A DNA stretch of 51,021 nucleotides, filler included, from Basidioascus undulatus (taxonomy: Eukaryota), in the NCBI GenBank assembly GCA_000826855.1. It is 3 parts of 3 records of this genome, joined end to end, with 100 filler letters (N's around TTAATTAATTAA, not from the genome) between each part and the next. Parts side by side here need not be neighbours in the genome. Positions count along the whole stretch, not along the records: positions 17,061 to 34,010 come from JTLS01000557.1; positions 34,111 to 51,021 come from JTLS01000558.1; 1 more part is not named here. One strand, written 5' to 3'. Below the pieces are notes generated by a model, which was not told where the DNA came from, searched no databases, and was given only the letters and a program-made list of their open reading frames with translations. Made by a program: the position numbers and the translations under genes. Shown here piece after piece: positions 22,694 to 35,930 of the stretch. The first letter of the stretch is position 1, and every line of letters starts with the position of its first letter.

Positions 22694-24039
22694 ATGCCCG
22701 GCCTCACCTCTGCACAGCTGCCTGCTGGCCACCCGGCATCCTCACTTCGCCCGTGCTTTGGCTAGACGGTTTCGAGTCGCACTTGGTATCGGATGTTTCC
22801 TTGCGGAGCATATTTCGTGACCCTGGAATGGGTAGTGTTCAGTGAGTGCTAAACCCATGGTCAGCGTGTTCGTCGAAGCTCACCTGTTGCCAGATTTCAC
22901 ATCGACCGCACCCACGGCGGGTACGTTCCACGGGGCAAGGTTGTCTTCGAATGCGTGGAAACAGGTAAGTCTCCTCCAATGTGAAATCAGAGTGATCTGA
23001 GAAAGAGCCTTTCTTGGTGTAGCCAAGCGAGCGTACGCCAGCGTGAACAAGCAAATGGTGCAGCGCTTGGGCGGGAGCGGCAAGGTGCGTTTCCACCTTT
23101 ACGAGTCAGGGCCCGACCCCAAGCCGACCGCTCGGACGCTTCATCTTGAAAACTGGCCCAGCAAGAAAGGTAAAATGCGTGACTCTCTTAGGGCTTCTAA
23201 GTTCTGAACGATCAACCGCAAATTACAGAACCTCCCTCGGGCATGTTCAACCGCCTGCGCGAGTTCGGCCCAATCTTCTTCATCTCGAGCGAAAAGGGGT
23301 CCGACGAAGTCTACGTCCACTTCTACCGCCAAGAAGATCAGTCTCGTGCGGCACACGCTCTCCGCACCGTGCAAGTCCAGTTCTGCCTATGCACGCTCTA
23401 CATCCGACCGCGCTCCGTGCACGGCAGCCACTTTCTGCCCGACCTGCCCGCGAGCTCTACCACATCATCCGCCGCTATGACCCGTCAAGCAGCATCGGGA
23501 AGCTCAAGAAGAGCACGATTCCCTTCGTCTTTGTCTCTTTCATCTCGCCTGCTCGGGCGCAGGCCGTCATCGACGAGTACGACGGTCCGCTCGAGGTGTC
23601 TGTGCATCAGCGCTTTCACGCCATCCGCGTCGTGGACGACGGACCCGACCGCTCAGGTCCTCGTCTTGCGAGCCCGAGCTTCGTGCATTCAGGCAAGAGA
23701 AAGCGGCGCGCTTCTGATGCTCCCTCGCCCCCTCCCGCCCCACACTCTCGACACTCGGACCACACGTCGTCGAGCTCCACGCCGCCTTCGACTGCGTTCG
23801 CGGCTGTGCAAGCCGTCACTGCACTCCCTCTTCCTATGACCCCGATCGACTTTGTGAGGATGCACGACACCCGCACCCAGGCCATCATCGCCCTCGTGCT
23901 TCTTCTTCCGGCGGACGAGCGCGCTGCGTTGCTGTGGGGAAGAAGGAATTGGGGGGGAGAAATTAGAATGGCGGTCGGGAGAGCGGGGGCGAAGATTTGC
24001 ATGCTTCCAAGTCACGTTTCGTTGCTTCATCCTCTCTAG
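22694..24039 (+). pseudogene. multi-RRM RNA-binding protein, probably pseudogenised
   Basis: Intron-split segments LWLDGFESHLVSDVSLRSIF, AKRAYASVNK, MFNRLREFGPIFFI...VYVHFYRQED and ELYHIIRRY...FVFVSFISPARAQAVIDEYDG look like RRMs. Frameshifts are required near 22750 and 23400. Confidence 0.55.
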
Positions 24040-24627
24040 TGTTTTTTTTTTAAATTCTACCGGTAGAACGTCCCTTTAAGACATTGCAGATCGGCAGGAA
24101 ACACACACTTGGCAGTGGGCGGTCGCCGACGGGCGCATTATTCTTCCACCTTGACAGTCAAGTGACTGACCATGAATCGTCCGACCACCATCGCGAACTC
24201 GACGCGCATGTGCAACAACACCCAGACGAACTCCTCAACACACACACACTCCCACCCACGGCGCACTGTCAAGAACTCAGTCGATCGATCATCAGGATAC
24301 GAGTACAAGGGACTACAACCACAACCATTCTTCAGTTCAGAGTCGAGCCGAGTCGCGTCATGGGCGCAGGAATCAGAGAGCAGAGATGATGAAGAAAATG
24401 AAAGCGAGGGAGAGAAGAGGGCGAAGTGGGTGGGTGTGGTGTGAGTTACGACCCCGAGGATGAGGAGATGGAAACGCGACGGAAAGAAGAGAAAAGAGAG
24501 GAAGAGGGGAGGAAGAGGAACGGAATCGGAAAGCGCGGGAGCAGCTATAAGGTATCGTATATTATGTATCGGGGTAAGGTACGAGCAATGATGTCCGGTT
24601 CTTGTCACAACACGGTCTAACGCGATT

Positions 24628-27600
24628 TCACACCGCCTGCAGGGGAGCGCCGGTCGAAGTCTTGTTGAGCATGGCGATACCCTCCTGGGACCTATTAACA
24701 TTCCCACAATCAGCACTGCCTTTCATACACATCTGTCCACGAGCCCAGCAAAAAAATTGACCTCGAGAAAGACCTCGCAGCGCTGAGCATACCTCTGAGG
24801 TCCATGCCGCGCAAGCGCTCCCTCCATCCTTCGCGGCCGTCGCGGGGGGCAAGCTGCGCGCCGGGCGCGGGCGGGTGTCCGAGGTCGAAGAGGGACGTTT
24901 CGGGGCTAAGGACGTTCAGGCAAAGCGAGGTGAGCCAGTACCAGGGGAGGGCCTCGGCAACGAGCGCCGGTCGCGCGTCCGTCCCGATGTCGCTCCCCGC
25001 GTACGACGTCGGGGGCGAGTTGGTCGGCGCGTAGTCGGACGGGGACGAGTCCGAGCCGTTGCTGCTGCTATGCGAGGTGCGCGTGGAGGCAAACGAGGCG
25101 CGCGAGCTGCTCCCCCGATGCGAGAACGCAGGTTCGTGGCAGGTCCTGCGCGAACACGATGAATCATTAGCATCATCCCATCTCAACGAAGGTTCTAGCC
25201 GATGGTAAGGCGGGCGGTGTGAAACCCACCGGTCAAAGTCCCACCCCTTCCTCCACCTCTCCAGCGCCCTCCGATAAGCCATAACCAGACCCGCCTCGTC
25301 ATCCACACTCCCACCGGCCCACCGGCACCCCACAATGCCGCCGCCGGGCTCGCCGAGCGCGAGGACGCCGCGCAGCAGAGTGACGACGATGACGTTGCGC
25401 GCGAAGGGGCCCATCTCGTGCCGCTCGAGGATGCATGAGATGCTCTCGTTCAGCGGGGGCGCGGATGCACCGCCGCACCCGTAGAGCGACTTGAGGAGCG
25501 CTTCGGAGAATGTGATCGGCCGGAAGGACTCCATGCGGGCGGCCCAGACGGCGGGGGTCGGCTCGTTCCTGGTGGGCCAAGGCACCTGATAAGCCCTTGC
25601 GAACTTGATCCACGCGGCAAGGCAGCCACTTACCAAATCTCCTCTGGCGCGGGGAGCGGCAGGTGCTCGACCTCCTCAGCCGTCATGCTCGGCTTCATGC
25701 CCATGTCGATGGAAGCGAGCAAGTCCAGAATGAACATGATCCAGACGGTCCTGTTCCGGGTGCCATCGCATCAGCCAACCCGGTCTCTCCGAAAGAAAGC
25801 AGAACAGTCGGTGGGCTCACCTCCGGCGACCCTCATTAACGATCCACGTCTTCCACCGCTTCTCGAGTGCGCGCTCGTCCTCCGCCTGAAGGCACCCCGG
25901 GCTGCTCGGGTACTCGATTGCGGCCCATTCCGCCTGTGGCGAGAGGAGCCCCGCGTTCCGGCACGTCTCCACCGCGAAAGGGAACCCGCCCGGCATGACG
26001 TTCCATGCTTCCGGGCAGGACTCGTCGATGATGCCGGGTGCTACACATACCAAACCCCGCGTCAGCCTCTGTCGCCTTCTTCTCGTACAGCGACTGATCA
26101 AAGAAGATGGGAGAAGCACAGTAGTAAATGATCAGGCTCTGCAGCAGGCTGATCATGTCCGCCTGGCTCGTCCGCCTCGACTTGTAGCTCAGCGAGCCGT
26201 GGATCATGGTCAGTTTCTGTGTTCCGTCGCATAACGCTCATCAGCATTCCGTGCTCGCTCAAGACCACGCCGCGAAAGAGAGGAGGGGGAAATGAGAGGG
26301 GGAAGCAGCCGCACCTCCAACCGCACAACGTCCTTAACAAGCCCCGCGTCCTCCGCAGCGCTCCGCCCGGGCTTATCAATGATGCTCTGCTGCCCCGCCG
26401 AGCGCGCGCGCCCGATCGCGCGCATGGTCGCGTTGCTGCCTCCGCCGGTGGTGCAGATTGCGAACGCGAGGCACACGGGCGCCTCGCGCAGGGTGAACGT
26501 CGGCGCGTGGATGAGCGGGAGGTGGAAGTTCGAGGTGCTGAGCGTGTTTTGCGCGAGCCTGCTGAGGACTTCCAGCTGTGGCAGGCCCCAGTGCTGGATC
26601 GAGTAGGGGCCCGCGAAGCGGTCGGGGGGCAGGCTGTGGCGCGGGGGTGGTTAGTCTCTCTTTCCTTTCTCGGGGGGACAGAGTAGGAAACAGGAGAGCG
26701 GGTAGGAAGACGCACTAAAACTTGTCCGACTGCGCGAAGGCGTTGGTACGCCCGAGGCGGGCGTCCTTGTGCGACGCGTCGACGCGGAGGAGAACCGCCT
26801 CGGGCCCGAAGTCCGGGTTGAAGATCGGCGGGGAGACAATGGACTTCATGTTATCCGAGAGGGAGAGCCAGTCCACGACGCCGGACATCTCCCCGCTCTC
26901 CGCGTCGACCTCCCCGAACGGGTTCTGCTGGTCGGTGGGCGGCGACCCCGTCGGTGCCTGTCCCTGCCGAGACACATGCGGGGGCGGTGCCGACGTGCCG
27001 AGGATGCCGTGCTCGTGCGAGTAGGGGTGGGGGTGCGCGGCGGACGGCATAATGCCGTACAGGGGTGAAGTAGGGAAGACGTTCCCCAACTGCTCGAAGA
27101 GCCCGACGGGACGGTCGAGCGCGGGCCAGATCGAGTCGGCCATGCCGGGGATGGAGATGCTGGGGATTGCAGAGGGGGAGGGGACAGGGTCGAGTGCGGG
27201 GAAGTTCGGTGCCGGCGCCGGCGCGGCGGAGGTGGGCGCGGGGAACGTCGCGCTTGTGCTGGGGAAAGTGGTGTTGGGGATGTGGGGGGCCGCGAGCGGG
27301 CGACTGAGGTGCGAGGCTGACGCCGCCGCTGAGGTGGTGGGGACTGGCGGCGCGAGCGCAGGGGGGAAGGGGGGTGCGGGCGGGGCGGTGGAGCGGAGGG
27401 CAGAGGATGTGGGCCCGAGGTAGGACGCCAGGTCAGGGAACGTCGAGGGCGCTGCAAGGCCTGTCGGAGGCGCGGGCGCAGGAGCCGCGGGAGGCGGGGA
27501 CGTCGACGTCGCCGGCGGCGGCGCTGCCATCGGGGAGACGGTCGTCCCGTTTGGCTGTGGAAACTTGGGGAGCTGAGGCGCGGGGAGGCGCGGCTCCGCG

Positions 27601-28488
27601 GAGGATGCCCATGCCTGAGCGGTGAAGCTGTTTATCGCGCTCTTGGGGAGGACGCCGGGCGGGAGGCCCCCCGGCGGGAGGGGCTCGTCAAGGGAGGGGA
27701 GCCCGAGCGGGCCATTGTCGTTCGATGAGCCGGACGTCGGGGACGGCCGCGAGCTCCGCCGCCTCTGCTTCTTTGGAGCGGGCGGCGGCGACGCGCTGTT
27801 GCTGGAGGGACGGGCGGCGGGGATAGAAGAGCTCGCAGATGGGGCAGGCACGGGGGCGGAGGAGGTGGATGAAGAGTTGTTGGACAGCGGATCGGTTGAG
27901 GAGCCCGGCTCAGGGTGACAGCGTCGCCTGTGGCGGGAGAGGACGTCGCTGGGGGGGAAGGCAGGCGGGTGAGTGCGGGGAGTGATGGAGATGTAGGAGG
28001 GATTGGGCGTACGAGCGCGCAAATGACTTATTGCAGTCTGGACACGAGAACGTCTTGCCCGCTTCTTGCTGGTCTGCATCGCGGAAATGGCACGGCAAAG
28101 GGGCAGTGAACATCCGAGATCTCAACCATCCTCGATCCGCATCCTCGCTGCGTCTTCCTCGACGTCTTCTTCGCACCCTCCATCGTCCCTTCCCACATAC
28201 CCATCCTCAATTTCCAACGCTCCTGGCATCTTATCGTCCAGCCCAAATGTCGTCGTGCTCTCCACCCCCCGCCCTTCCCAGCGATAACGACGCCCGGCCT
28301 AAACACCGCATCGCGGAGGGGAACTCACGGACGCTCCTCTCGTGTCTCCTCAGATACTCAGCGCGCGAATACCCCGTCCCACACGCAGCGCACACAAAGG
28401 GCGAGTGCTCCTTGTCTACGCCCCGCTTCGCCCGCGTCGTTGTCGGCGCCTTCGACGGCGTGGGCGCGGCGGCAGCGGCGGTGGCCAT
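24628..28488 (-). CDS. C2H2 zinc-finger transcription factor with a fungal-specific TF domain; exons 28488-28329, 28073-28013, 27948-26716, 26633-26315, 26216-26120, 26040-25821, 25750-25634, 25568-25230, 25145-24762, 24691-24628
   Basis: Two fingers (FVCAACGTGYSRAEYLRRHERSVH and FSCPDCNKSFARSDVLSRHRRRCH), a Pro/Ser-rich linker, then NFHLPLIHAPTF, WKTWIVNEGRRRTVWIMFILD and LPLPAPEEIW. The frame is kept across all introns. Confidence 0.92.
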
Positions 28489-28949
28489 GCTGGTGATGAT
28501 GGTGGGAGAGTTGGCGGTTTTGGTGGAGGTGGAGGTGGGGAAATCGAAGAGGGAAAAGGGAGCAAAGTGGATGTGGAGATGGGAGAGGCTTTCTATGAAA
28601 TGTTCGCTGGCCGCTATGGACCCAATAGCAGGCGGGCTAGAAAGGGCAAGAAGATCGGCTAAGGGCGAAAGGGGGCGCTCCCCAATGCCGCGCCTGCCAG
28701 CGATCGGTCTTACTGGTACACATGACTGCGCGTCAGTGGCAAAACGTTCAAGCCTCGGGATTCCAAGCCCTCGAAATGTATTTTCCGTTTTTTCACCTGT
28801 GCAAGTTGCAGTGTTGTGATGATCAATCATGAACCACCACCAGAGCGGGAACGGTGCAGGCCAGCGCGAAGCGCAGATAATTATCATTCGAGCGCTGCTG
28901 GAGCGACGCAGCAGCATGGTGCGACAGCCGGTCGGCGGATCCCCAAGTC

Positions 28950-29683
28950 GAGGTTGAGGCCAGTCTCGACGCAACTTGAAGCCCTCCTGGTGAAAGGCAG
29001 ACAAGGCATCCAGCAGATGGTTGGAACGGTGAGGACGAGCCCATCGATCACCGCAGGGAAGACATTAAGCGAGGGTGGTCAAGCAGGCCCAAAAGGTCAC
29101 GCATCCGCACATCCCAGGTGGGATTGCAGCGAAAGACGCGTTGTGAAGGACAGGGTCTTTGAAGACTCCACTCGAGAAGCTTGGGCGTTGATATTAGAAG
29201 CGAAACAGTTAGTAGCTCAGGGAGAAAGCGGGGGCTTGCGGGCTCGACTTTGGGATGGTGGAAGTAGCGCGCCGTTCAGCACCCGGACGTTCGGGCACGC
29301 CTGGACGAACCGCTGCAGTGCGACACCTGGCGGCGAGAGCGGCTGCCACAGCAGCAGTGCTCGAACGCGCTCACCATATCGGCGACCCGCCTCGTCCTTA
29401 CGCTCCAACGCCGCAGCAGCCTGGCACGCCTGCTCATACATCCGGACGCGGACAGTGTCCAATAGGAGAGGCTGGAAAGGGTGTTCCAGAGACGGCAGAC
29501 GAGCGGTAGCGTCCGACGCGGCTGCGTTACGAAGCTCTGGGGCGGCCGCGCCTTTCTGCGGTGGCGAGGGGTTGAGATCGAGAAGGAGGGATTCCGGTGG
29601 GATCAAGAGTGCGTGCTTGAGATATCGATGAAGATCTTTGTTGGAATGCGGTCGTTCGCGGCTGTCTCTGAGAAGGTCTCCAT
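28950..29683 (-). pseudogene. F-box-like protein pseudogene
   Basis: METFSETAANDRIPTKIFIDI, LPLVCRLWN and QPLLLDTVRV...GERVRALLLW...CPNVRVL are split by frameshifts. 3' end approximate. Confidence 0.6.
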
Positions 29684-31045
29684 GAGCGCGGAGGGAAGCG
29701 TGAGGATCAACAGGAGGCACGGGAGGGGAGGGTATCGCGGGGCTTGGTCTCTCGACGGGATTCGTCTTGCTCGATGTCGTAATGTTGCTGGCGAGAATCC
29801 AGCAGGGCGGAACCAATCTTCTCGCGGCCTCGATTGTCGGCATTGCTCTGGGACTTCTCACTCTTGGTCGTTACTTGCCGAGAGGTCAGAGAACGCTGAA
29901 AGCCTAAGGCTGCAGCACGCCGCCGCTACACCTTGCAGCTGCGGAGGGTGCATCCGCCAGGCGCTGGCCCGGGCCCGCTCCCTGAGCAATGTTATTTCGA
30001 GGGAGAAGCGATTGAGCGGTAGTATCGATTGCTCCACATCAGCTCGCGCATCTGTCGTGTCTCGGCTTAGACCAATGAGCCGCGGGAAGGGAGGGAGAAA
30101 CGGAGGGTCGCTGCGATGTAAATTGGATTGGTCAGGTCTTCGTGTGATGCACTGTACGATTTGTGATGCGTAAACTGTCCCTTCGTGATTTCCAGTATCT
30201 CACAAAAGATCAGTCCAGATGGACTCGAGGGTCCTGGATGTAGAAGGAAATAAGCAGGTGAGCTGCGGGTGCATGAGGCATCAACACCGCATCGACCTCG
30301 CGACTTGACTTCTTTCGCACTCTGACTCTGAACGCCTCACCCTTCAGCTGCCGGCGCCAAGCACCCCTCACGTTCCGCGCCCTCCCGTTTCTCTCGCTTC
30401 GATTCCGTCCGAGCTTTCACTACCATCATCCCTCGGGCCCTCCCACCTCGCAAAGGGCCCATGTTCTCTTGGGCCGCAAACCAAGGCATGCCCATGGAGA
30501 CGGATGAGGAGGTTCAGAGGTGACGAAAGCTTGGGGGGCGAAGATCGTAAGTGCTCGTCTTTCTTTCTGTTTTAACCTTCCTATGTAAACATATATGGCT
30601 CAATATTTACCTGATTATTCACAGAGAGCGGGCCGGAGGGCTGCCAAGGAGGATCGCTCCGAAGAAACAGGCGGCGCAGCCTATAAGACGGGGGCTGCCA
30701 GGGTAAGTCGGCTGCTTGGTCTAAGGTCCTAGGAGAAGTCTGTGGATGTCACTGATATCCACATAGGGGGACTTCGCTCCCATCAGGCTGCAAAGCAGCC
30801 AAGTAACAGCATGCCAAGGGCGAGACAAACGCACAGAAACGGTCCGAACATATCTAGAGACTCGCACAGGGTTTTAGGCGATAGTGTCTGTTATGTGTTA
30901 ATATACAATGTTGGGAAGAGGTGCGGCCAGCAACATACGTGGATAAATGGGTTTCTGCACACTGCACACCGAGCGAGAGTAACGATAACTGGGGAAAGTC
31001 AACTGATCCACAACTCATAATGGGAAAACCGTCAAAGCTTGTTAA

Positions 31046-31118
31046 GCCTCGCTAGCTCAATCGGTAGAGCGTGAGACTCTTAATCTCAAGGCTGCGGGTT
31101 CGACCCCCGCGTGGGGCT
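31046..31118 (+). tRNA. tRNA-Lys(CTT), intronless
   Basis: GCCTCGC TA GCTC AATCGGTA GAGC G TGAGA CT CTT AA TCTCA AGGCT GCGGG TTCGACC CCCGC GTGGGGC T. Confidence 0.96.
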
Positions 31119-31861
31119 TCCCTTATGGGACATTCATCTTTACCTTATCATTTTTATTCTCACTTCAAGCATACAGTACCACCTTTTCAAACACCGGGGC
31201 AAGTCGTCCCAATCACCATTAGTGCGTTCCGTGCCAGCGCAGCTGGAAAATCGCACCTCCGCTGTAACAACTCTCCTCTTCCTCAGCCCCCTGAAGGAAA
31301 CGTGAATGCAACCATCCAATTGAGAGTTGAGAGGGCTCCTTTGGGACAAACAGCGGAGTTGATATTGTCAAATGAGCTGTTTCGCACAGATTTGCGAGCA
31401 TCCAAAGCCGACAGAGCGCCAGCACTGAGCAGATTCATCGTATCCCGGGCCGGTATCGTGATTGATGAATATTCCTGTCCCTGTCCTTTGTGGTAGGACT
31501 ACCTTCCTGTGAAGCAGCGCCGTTTCCATGGAGGTCCATCCGTCGGATACACGCGCGCTGGATGTGCACCGAAAGGTAGTGTACTCAGACAGGTTGACAA
31601 TAAACTGCCTCGAGTCTGCGTATCGTGCTTTCTTTCGTCAGTAAGTAGATTCGTCTTGGGTGCTAAATGCTGAAGAATATTTGAAAGCTCATGCGTGCAG
31701 GACCTCGTTAGAAATGTTGGACGGGTATGTTGAACGGCTTGTCATCAGACAAGTTTCACTGGAGAACGCTGCATTCTTTTCGGGAATACTGGGTTCGCCT
31801 GCTCATGTATCAATGGCCACGAGATATCAAGTCCGAGCGGCCAGGCACGCGGCCTACATTG

Positions 31862-32663
31862 ATGACAAACCCCACAGCCATGACCGCGAACTCCGCTGCA
31901 CCACTGCTTTCTCTTGACCCGGTACCATTTCCATCTCCTTCGGAACCGCACTGCCCCGACATATTTAAACATCCGATCGATCGCTTTATGAAAGTTCCGG
32001 TCGGCCTGTGCTTCACATCCCCGCGCCAACTCACGCTTTCTTCGCCCATTTTCGGTCCCGCCTGCGCCGACTGGTCCCAGCTGGCCGTACCGCGCACCGC
32101 CTCGATTTCACCGACCCACTGTGGTTAAAACGTCGAGCACGAAGACGCGTGTACTTCTGTACACTCTCGAGCAACCCACCCAATCCCATCCGGTCTGCTC
32201 CAAAATTGCTTCAGCTTCCCGATCAATGCACAAATCAGGCTGTACCTTTTGTCGCAACCCTTTTAGTGTCCCTGGCCGCATATCTCAGCGGGTTCGTTTA
32301 CGCAAAGGTACTGAATGACCGGAACCTGTCATTCCACTTCTTCATATTCTGCTTAACGCCGCTGTTCTTCTCGATCCTCATCCTCATGCACGCGGGGCGC
32401 CGCCGCCGCGCAGAGCCAAGCATGGCCCGGAAGTTACTAAGAGCCTCCGTCTTGGACATTTGTGTGGCGTAATTTGGGTCAACGGGCTGAGCTTATGGAT
32501 GAGGCGCAGGTCCGGCGGGACTGAAAGTCTTCTCGCGGCCTCTGTCGTCGGCGCAGTCTGCGGAGTTCTTACAGTTGGGGGGGTTTGGCATTGTTGCTTG
32601 TGGCAATGGTTCCTTGACGAAGTCTTGTTGCGACCGGTAATTCGAGAGGATCTGGAGATTTGA
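31862..32663 (+). pseudogene. unknown multi-pass membrane protein, frameshifted
   Basis: About four hydrophobic segments (VPFVATLLVSLAAYLSGFVY; FHFFIFCLTPLFFSILIL; CGVIWVNGLSLW; LLAASVVGAVCGVLTVGGVW) are spread over three overlapping frames with no splice sites that explain the shifts. Confidence 0.4.
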
Positions 32664-33676
32664 TGCTTGTTGTAGAGGCGATCGTCTGAGGGGTCGTTTG
32701 GTGCACTGTAACCGCCGAGGCAGGTCTTCTTGGACTGTTGCAACCAGCGAGTTGTCAATCTTGCTCTTCTCCAACCACCCGCAGGTCAAAGTCTGCTATT
32801 GAAGATTGACAGGGAATCAGCGGCGGCCTGGGGTGGCAGTCGGCGCCGCATCCGCGCAGATCGGACCCGGCGTCAGTTCCGTTGCTCGCACCCGCAACGC
32901 TGTCCGGGCTAGCATGCCATCGCGAGTGCGCAGTAGAAACACCATCCCACCTCCCTCACTCCCATCAGAATAGTCTGGATTGAAGGCTTGAGGCTCCGGG
33001 TCTTCCTCGGTTTCGCAACCGATGCGCTGCAAAATGCAGCGCGTGCTTGGCGTGCAGACTGACCTCGCAGCCTCACGCATTTGCACTTCTCTCTTTCGTT
33101 CCATTCGCGTCTCTCAGCTCCCAACTCATCTTTCGGCAACAGTGAGGAGACTCAGCACACGCCCAGGCAGCCGACACAAAAAAAATGGGATGTCAAGATG
33201 TCATGTCTCATGCAGCTACGGGATGGGGGCAAGCACATATAAGAACAAGAAAGACGAAATGAAGAACTGTACAACGCATCGTGTCAAGTCACCGCGAAGC
33301 TAGGGGAGAAGTTCAAGAATGAACCGAGTATCAAAATCAGGTCGAGGTGGGGCTTGACGAAGAGAGACGAGGAAGACACAGAAATGGGGGTGGGGGAAAA
33401 GGGGGGAGTGTACAACTGTGGAGTAACGTAGACAAGAAGAGATGGGGAGGGACAGCGAAGTGATGGCAAGGAAGAAGAGAGAATGGGGACTGTCATAGGA
33501 ACATAGATAGATAGATAGACTCGTAGAGGGGTAGAATAGCACCGGGAATGCTTGTCGGCATGGTTGTGGGCACAAGACGCATGAGATACTGTCAACACCA
33601 CCCTCCCAGTCAGCGTTCGCGTCCGCGCCCGCGTCCTCCCTCCTATCCACAAACGGACTCACCAGCTCCCTCACTC

Positions 33677-34010
33677 CTATTCCTCCCTTCTCGCACCCCC
33701 AGCACTCCCCGCACTAAGCACCTCCACCCCCGCCCCACTCGCACTCGCGCTCCGCTTCGCCTCCTCCATCAGCCGCTCCTCCTCCCTCCGCTCCTCCTCA
33801 TCCATCTCGTCCTCGTCCTCGTCCTCGCCTTCCTCCTCGGACGACTGGGAAGACGACGACGGGGTGCGGTTGGGATGGTGGGAGGACAAGGGACTGTGGG
33901 AGGGAGAGTCGGACGGCGTGGGCGGGACGGGGATCGCTTTGGTGCGGTGTTTCCCGGTGGGTTGGTGCGGGTTGGGGGAGGTGGTCGTGGTGGGTACCGG
34001 AGGGGGTGGG
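33677..34010 (-). CDS. 3' end of an unidentified gene (Pro/Ser-rich, then acidic tail), truncated by the gap
   Basis: Open frame from the gap to the TAG at 33677: ...SSEEEGEDEDEDEMDEEERREEERLMEEAKRSA...GGARREE*. GC-rich coding-like composition. Confidence 0.6.
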
Positions 34011-34110
34011 NNNNNNNNNNNNNNNNNNNNNNNNNNNNNNNNNNNNNNNNNNNNTTAATTAATTAANNNNNNNNNNNNNNNNNNNNNNNNNNNNNNNNNN
34101 NNNNNNNNNN
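34011..34110. other. assembly gap spacer N44-TTAATTAATTAA-N44
   Basis: Same linker as at 16961-17060. Confidence 0.97.
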
Positions 34111-34685
34111 GTGCCTGACCCCGGTTACACAAACGGTGGCCACATAGATGAGTGGGCCCACTGCCCTCGCGACGGGCCCGTTCGCCTTTGGCCCATCTTC
34201 AAGGCTTTCCAGGTCCCGGCCGGCTGGAGCGGCCTATCCGCGGCGCTGTGCTTCGGCCCTCTCCTTTCGCACGCGCATGCGACGGAACCGCCGCTGAAGA
34301 ACCTCGACCTGTTTGTGTTCGTGTTAACAACGGATAGCCCGCTCGCGCGGGCATCTGAAGAGCCCGTGGTGAACGCGGGTGGCGTTACAGTGGGCGATGT
34401 GATGGACGGACTGGCGAGAATGTGAGTTCAGCAAATGCTTTGGATGACCTTCTGTCTCTTCCGCTCAAGCGATTTCGGCTGGACTTGCGGCTGCGCAGGT
34501 TCGGGGAAGACCTGACGGAGGCGGAGCTGGGGCGCGCCTTCATTCGCCTCATCCACCTCGGCGTGCTGTCCAACGAGAGCAGCACTGCAGGAGAGAAGGT
34601 CCCTTGCCGAGGCTCGACTCTGCTCTACCTGTATTCAAGTCTTCCCTGCGCAACGGAGAGTTCAAGACGCGGCCGGACTATGTAG
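34111..34685 (+). CDS. 3' part of an uncharacterised fungal protein; exons <34111-34421, 34499-34685
   Basis: HATEPPL...VVNAGGVTVGDVMDGL, a motif recalled from uncharacterised basidiomycete proteins. The GT-AG intron 34422-34498 keeps the frame. Confidence 0.55.
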
Positions 34686-35719
34686 GCTGCTGTTCCTGCT
34701 GCCTTTAGACCCGCGTTCTGACTGCGGCTGCACTCCCTTATGTAGCTGAACAAGACTATCGGCACAAGACCGCCGTGGTCGACATACATCGTATGAAACA
34801 TTAACATCAGGATGCAGGAAATTCGAGGGGTTTGCGATGCGGTACGGAGGCCGCGACGACGGGGACGGGATGCGCAAGACTTGCGAGCTTGCTCTGTATT
34901 TCTCTGGAAGCGGTCCCAGTCGAGCAGTATGAGTCATAAGGCCACGGTATACGAGAGACGTAGCATCGAGCAAACCCTCTTTGTGTACCTTCCGTTGAAA
35001 GGGGCGTGAGTTTGCGATATCTTCGGACGCGAGAAATGATAAACAGCCACAGTCCGGTTTGACTACGCAGCATATGCTAATACTATCATTATTCTGTATA
35101 GGACAACACAGATACTTACGAGCGAGGCCGTTACTAGGCTTTCCTCAAGGTTGGTCGCACAGAGGGCAGAAATACCGGTGCAGTGAGCTTTTCAGAGGAA
35201 ATCAGCACATGTCTTCAAGCCAAAACCGCTACAGGTTTGACAGATTTGGTGAGTTTGGTTTGAGACAAGTTCTCAGACCCACCCTGTTAGCTGCCTGCTG
35301 TGTGCGGATGCCAGGCGTCCACTGTGTGCAGACTCTTCAACCTCGACAAAAAGCAGAGGCAAGCGAGCTGAGATCACCGAACGCGACCTTGGCACCTCTT
35401 ACTCACAACTCCTAACTTGTTTAGAGTACATGCTTAGTATACTTCTATGCAGGTAGAGGGTGGTGGCCTTGGTGGAGTGAGGGTGGAAAAGAGCTCCGGC
35501 CGCATGTCGGCCTCGCCGCCGTGCCATCGGACTCCGGGCTTTGCTTCAACTGAGAATCATCAGAAACAACTTTTACAGAATTTTTTCATCGTTTAAACTA
35601 CCAGGCTTATCAACTCTTGTCTTTTTTGTCGTTGAGGTGTGCGTCCGCGTTTCGTACAGGTTCGTGCTTGTAGCACTGATCCGTCGCCTCAGCGCTATCC
35701 ACCGGCTCTACCTCCAGTA

Positions 35720-35930
35720 CATGCCGTGTCTACCCAATATCTATTGGGAAGAAGTACTTTGAGATGCATACGCTCTCAATTTAAAAGCGGCGATGCGGAA
35801 GTCGCCTTCAACAATGGTGCTCTTCTGATGGCTATTGGATGAGCTTGATGGACGTCCTGGTCGGGTCCACGAAGGGTACCAGGGTGTACTCTAAACAGTT
35901 ACTCCAGCTTGCACTATCAAGACATTCCCT
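35720..35930 (+). mobile_element. decayed Ty1/copia integrase C-terminal relic
   Basis: LPNIYWEEVL*DAYALN (cf. LP..FW.EAV..A.Y..N), then LVGSTKGTRVY and ALSRH (cf. FVGY...KGYRVY...SRDV), in the correct order. Confidence 0.5.

Noticed and set aside
24172..24444. 90-aa plus-strand ORF (MNRPTT...)
   Set aside because: It lies antisense to the probable 3' UTR of the transcription factor and has no motif or splice support.
30200..30710. Splice-like signals (GTGAGC, GTAAGT, CAG) suggesting a small plus-strand gene
   Set aside because: No continuous ORF or recognisable product could be assembled.
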